Part shown: positions 38,417 to 41,416 of the stretch, one piece after another
Layout of the letters: every line of letters starts with the position of its first letter
Position numbering within the stretch: position 1 is the stretch's first letter
Source of the DNA: Oligoflexales bacterium
Lineage (GTDB): Bacteria > Bdellovibrionota_B > Oligoflexia > Oligoflexales > CAIYRB01
Length of the DNA: 41,416 nucleotides
Assembly (NCBI GenBank): GCA_041736175.1
Contig: JBGSUI010000105.1
Span: 1 to 41,416 of the forward strand
Reading direction: 5' to 3'
Translations under genes and position numbers: made by a program
The notes under the pieces: generated by a model
What the model was told of the DNA's origin: nothing
What the model saw: the letters and a program-made list of their open reading frames with translations, nothing else
The model's database searches: none

Positions 38417-39567
38417 GATAAAACAATGTCTCCATATAGATTTTGAATCACGTGAAATTCTTCGACGTTTTTTACTGATGACTCTTTTTCTTTAAAACGA
38501 TTTATAGAGGATTTGCACTCCTCAGAAAATCGATCAATTTTTTTGAGCCTCTCATTAGTCATGAACTTTTGTTTTTCAAATTGTCCTTGCCAACCACTTT
38601 TTACTAGGAGATTTAACCGGTCATTAACCGATTTTTTATAGGTTTTAATTCTCCCTAAAAGGTCATATTTCCCGTTCTCGTCGATTCCTTTGATATCTAA
38701 AATCTGCCTCTCATGGGATTCAAGGAACGCAAGGAGCTCTTTAAGTATCCGAAGAGGTTCGTCATATAGCAAATACTGGGTGTCTAAACCTTTTGCTACG
38801 CCATACCTTGTTTTATAAAGCCAATCTTGGAAAAAACCTTCGCTAACGCGGGTATAATTGATCATAGACGCCAGGTAAGAGGCATTATTTGCGCTATCAT
38901 TGGCCAATTTTGCGAGTTGGTCAGCAGCCAGCTTGCTATAGACAGAAGCCTGAACGTAGTTAAAGACAAGTTGGCGCTTGCGCCTCGATTCCACTATAAA
39001 AAGACGGGTATTTGAGAGAGTCTTAACCCAGGTCTCTAGATTGTCGATCCCCGGGGTCAAGTCGTCTGCTAACGACCCACATTGGAGGTCTAATAACCCT
39101 GATTTTATGGCCCTTAATATATCCAGTTGTTCGAAGACATAGTCATGTAAACTAATAAAAGTGACTAGATTTGCTGCCTCCCATACCTCCAAATCGTGCA
39201 ACGTGGCTTGTAAAGCTTTCTCCTTTTTGGCTAATTCACGAAGTTTGGAATCAAAGTTAGCGGAGGACAGAGACCCTGTTGATCCTATTTCCTTAAGTTC
39301 AGCAGCTGCTTTTGTATAGCTTTGATTCAGTTCGGAAGATATGAGTATAAGTTTATTGAGTCTGAAACTGTAGTTCTCATCGCCTAACTTATAGTTTACG
39401 ATCAATTTATAGAGGTCTAACCCCCGCTGAAACTTGCTATAACACTCGTATTGACGACTTAAATCCCGCAGCTGGCTTTGTTGGTCTTGAGCGTTGCTTT
39501 CACTTGAATAAAAATAGAGTGTTGAGAGCAATAAAATATTGAATAAATTTATTGTTTTTAAAATCAT
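38398..39567 (-). CDS. Secreted alpha-helical/coiled-coil hypothetical protein
   Basis: Sec signal ending SNA|Q; heptad-rich helices; four Cys; overlaps both neighbours. Confidence 0.75.
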   Translation of the reverse strand: MILKTINLFNILLLSTLYFYSSESNAQDQQSQLRDLSRQYECYSKFQRGLDLYKLIVNYKLGDENYSFRLNKLILISSELNQSYTKAAAELKEIGSTGSLSSANFDSKLRELAKKEKALQATLHDLEVWEAANLVTFISLHDYVFEQLDILRAIKSGLLDLQCGSLADDLTPGIDNLETWVKTLSNTRLFIVESRRKRQLVFNYVQASVYSKLAADQLAKLANDSANNASYLASMINYTRVSEGFFQDWLYKTRYGVAKGLDTQYLLYDEPLRILKELLAFLESHERQILDIKGIDENGKYDLLGRIKTYKKSVNDRLNLLVKSGWQGQFEKQKFMTNERLKKIDRFSEECKSSINRFKEKESSVKNVEEFHVIQNLYGDIVLSCISKK

Positions 39568-40736
39568 TTTGACTGCATGTCCTTTAAGTTTTTGATTGAA
39601 TCTTGAATTTGTTGAGAGATAGCGGTACTGTTTTTAAAGAAAGGCTGTTCTTTAAGCTCATCAAGGACTTCAAGATGGTTTCTAAAGACTCCTTTTTGTA
39701 ATCGATAAGCCATTTGTGCACCGCAAATTTCGTATCCTTGATCTCGGTGGCTACAAGCAGCATCAATAACTTCTTTGAGATTATAATCATCTGGACAATG
39801 AATGGGGCCTTTGTACTCAACTTGATAGGTATTTAAAAAGAGTGTCTTCAACTCTAAGATCACGTTTTCAACAAGGGGATCAAATTCATTTTTCCTAATG
39901 AGGCAAGCCATCCCCTGAAAACTTTCCAGTTTAGAAAAATACTTAGATTGAGCCAATAAAACCTGTTCGGTCCAAAGAGGTGCCTGCATTTCTAGATATT
40001 TTAGGTAGTTATTAAGTTCAGAAACGGTCGACCTAATTTGGCAGCTATTGAACTCTTCAACACCAAAACTCTCGTGCTCGCACTCGTTGAAAACGGTTCC
40101 ATGATTCTCGTGAGCACAGAATTTGTAAAGTTCGACTCCAAATATAGGGAGTCGGCAGGTATTTTTTATTCCCGGAGTGAAACAGGTAAGCCGGTGTTCA
40201 TAAAGATTAAGCGTTTGGTCTTCATTGGTAGATTTGAAGACGACTTTACTATCGCTTTCGTTTTCGATAAAAGAGCCACCTGGGCATGAAAGCCACCCCC
40301 CTGTACCAAGGACAACTCCCGCCTGGAAAGTTCTTAAATCAGTGAATGTTTCATAAGAATTTTTCCGCGAACCTGGACAGTCGAAAGACTCTTCCTGTCG
40401 ATAGTCTTCGACACCACATGCAGGAGATCTTTCTTCTATATAACCTTTGATTCCACATGCTAAGTCGATTTTTTTGCGGTATTTTTTCACACCACATTCT
40501 GCTCCATTGAAGTTCCTTAGCGGAAATGGATTGCCATCTGGCCATGGGAAACCAAATTTTGTCATCGCCTCGTCTTCAGTGGTAGGTGCACCAAAGGTGG
40601 GTATAAAATCGGAGGTTAACGAACTTGTGGGAGGAGCGCTTTCACGGCATGAGCTTAAAGGAGCAAGGAAAACAGCAAAGACTAAAATTTGATAGAGACT
40701 TTTTTCCTGCATAGATTTGTGAAGTTTGTGGAGCAT
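39564..40736 (-). CDS. Cys-rich repeat lipoprotein
   Basis: Lipobox LSSC; 13-aa CGVxxY-type repeats; helical C-terminal domain; 4-bp overlap with the next gene. Start may be the Met at 40712. Confidence 0.78.
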   Translation of the reverse strand: MLHKLHKSMQEKSLYQILVFAVFLAPLSSCRESAPPTSSLTSDFIPTFGAPTTEDEAMTKFGFPWPDGNPFPLRNFNGAECGVKKYRKKIDLACGIKGYIEERSPACGVEDYRQEESFDCPGSRKNSYETFTDLRTFQAGVVLGTGGWLSCPGGSFIENESDSKVVFKSTNEDQTLNLYEHRLTCFTPGIKNTCRLPIFGVELYKFCAHENHGTVFNECEHESFGVEEFNSCQIRSTVSELNNYLKYLEMQAPLWTEQVLLAQSKYFSKLESFQGMACLIRKNEFDPLVENVILELKTLFLNTYQVEYKGPIHCPDDYNLKEVIDAACSHRDQGYEICGAQMAYRLQKGVFRNHLEVLDELKEQPFFKNSTAISQQIQDSIKNLKDMQSK

Positions 40737-41042
40737 CGAATGCGTTCTCTCTAAAATACATGTTTATTTGGAAGCCAGCAGAAGGCCAATCCAGAAGCCA
40801 GCGAATTGGTGGACTGCAATTTATATACCAGTTAATTTAAAAAAATAAATAAACATTTTCTATATGTTAAGTACCTTTTGAATTTAACCACCTGGTATCA
40901 TTTTGATACTGATTCAACAAAAAAACTTTCAAAAAGCAACCAGATTGACTCAATGTTCTGATCAGAGAGTTATAGACTATTGCCTCCCGATTGCGCTTCT
41001 ACAGCACCAAATGGAAAAATAAATCGAAATATTCATTGACAA

Positions 41043-41062
41043 GTTTTTGCGATCGCAAAAAC
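41043..41062. promoter_or_regulatory. Perfect 20-bp palindrome next to TTGACA
   Basis: GTTTTTGCGATCGCAAAAAC is its own reverse complement; TTGACA at 41036-41041. Confidence 0.5.
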
Positions 41063-41416
41063 CCCGCGATTTTAGCTTTGCCGCGAGTTTTTGTTTTTTC
41101 CCACTCCACCGACCAGTTAAGGGCACTCCGTGGCTGGGCGAGAGGGCTCTGGAGGGGGTCTCTTTCTTGACTGCCCAGCGACATAAAAGCCCTCTCAAAA
41201 GACCTGTGATATACCTTTGCATGGTCAACCTTCTTGGTCGACGCGGAGCTGTTTTAAGGGACTTTTTAGGGAGGAAAATCCATGTATATCATAGAAGAAA
41301 TCATGAGCCGCCCCTGTGACGATCTCAGGGTCAGAAGACGCGAGCTTTTTCAAGCTGCCACCCTTGTCCATAAACGCGAACAAGATGACGTTATCAATTC
41401 TATTTTTTTGATAGAG

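Noticed and set aside
40771..40802. GAAGCCAGC repeated twice upstream of the toxin operon
   Set aside because: Only 9 bp and two copies; could easily be chance.
41125..41185. GC-rich hairpin (GCTGGGC...GCCCAGC) as an ncRNA
   Set aside because: Only the outer 7-bp stem is convincing and I recognise no family; it would need an Rfam or covariation search.
40977..41319. Short overlapping ORFs at the right end
   Set aside because: Mutually overlapping, with no motifs or clear RBS; more likely intergenic.

Overview
A 41.4 kb bacterial chromosomal segment from a Gram-negative organism. The gene repertoire (mevalonate and futalosine pathways, many lipoproteins) suggests a Bdellovibrionota/Oligoflexia-like or other deltaproteobacteria-like lineage; this is inference. 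Housekeeping content: acr3-arsC, a DUF3570/DUF4266/thioredoxin envelope cluster, YqgE/AlgH, a lipid A acyltransferase, an orphan MlaF-like ATPase, a five-gene mevalonate operon without HMG-CoA synthase, a GH13 amylase, mqnD-mqnE, DedA, carboxy(nor)spermidine dehydrogenase and decarboxylase, htpG, a TPR protein and a REC-cNMP histidine kinase. Two stand-alone AAA/DUF4143 ATPases are also present. The main candidate novelty is the AT-rich right end (35510-40736, minus strand): a tightly coupled operon encoding a Cys-laddered lipoprotein, a secreted helical protein and a lipoprotein polymorphic toxin with a pre-toxin TG motif. It is followed by an immunity gene and a collapsed orphan toxin-tip/immunity cassette sharing a 115-bp repeat with the toxin. 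Other points of interest: an MqnE fused to a degenerate second radical-SAM barrel, a repeated sigma28-like promoter motif, and operator-like palindromes ahead of both AAA/DUF4143 genes. No rRNA, tRNA, CRISPR array or transposase was recognised. All family assignments come from motif recognition by eye, not from database searches.
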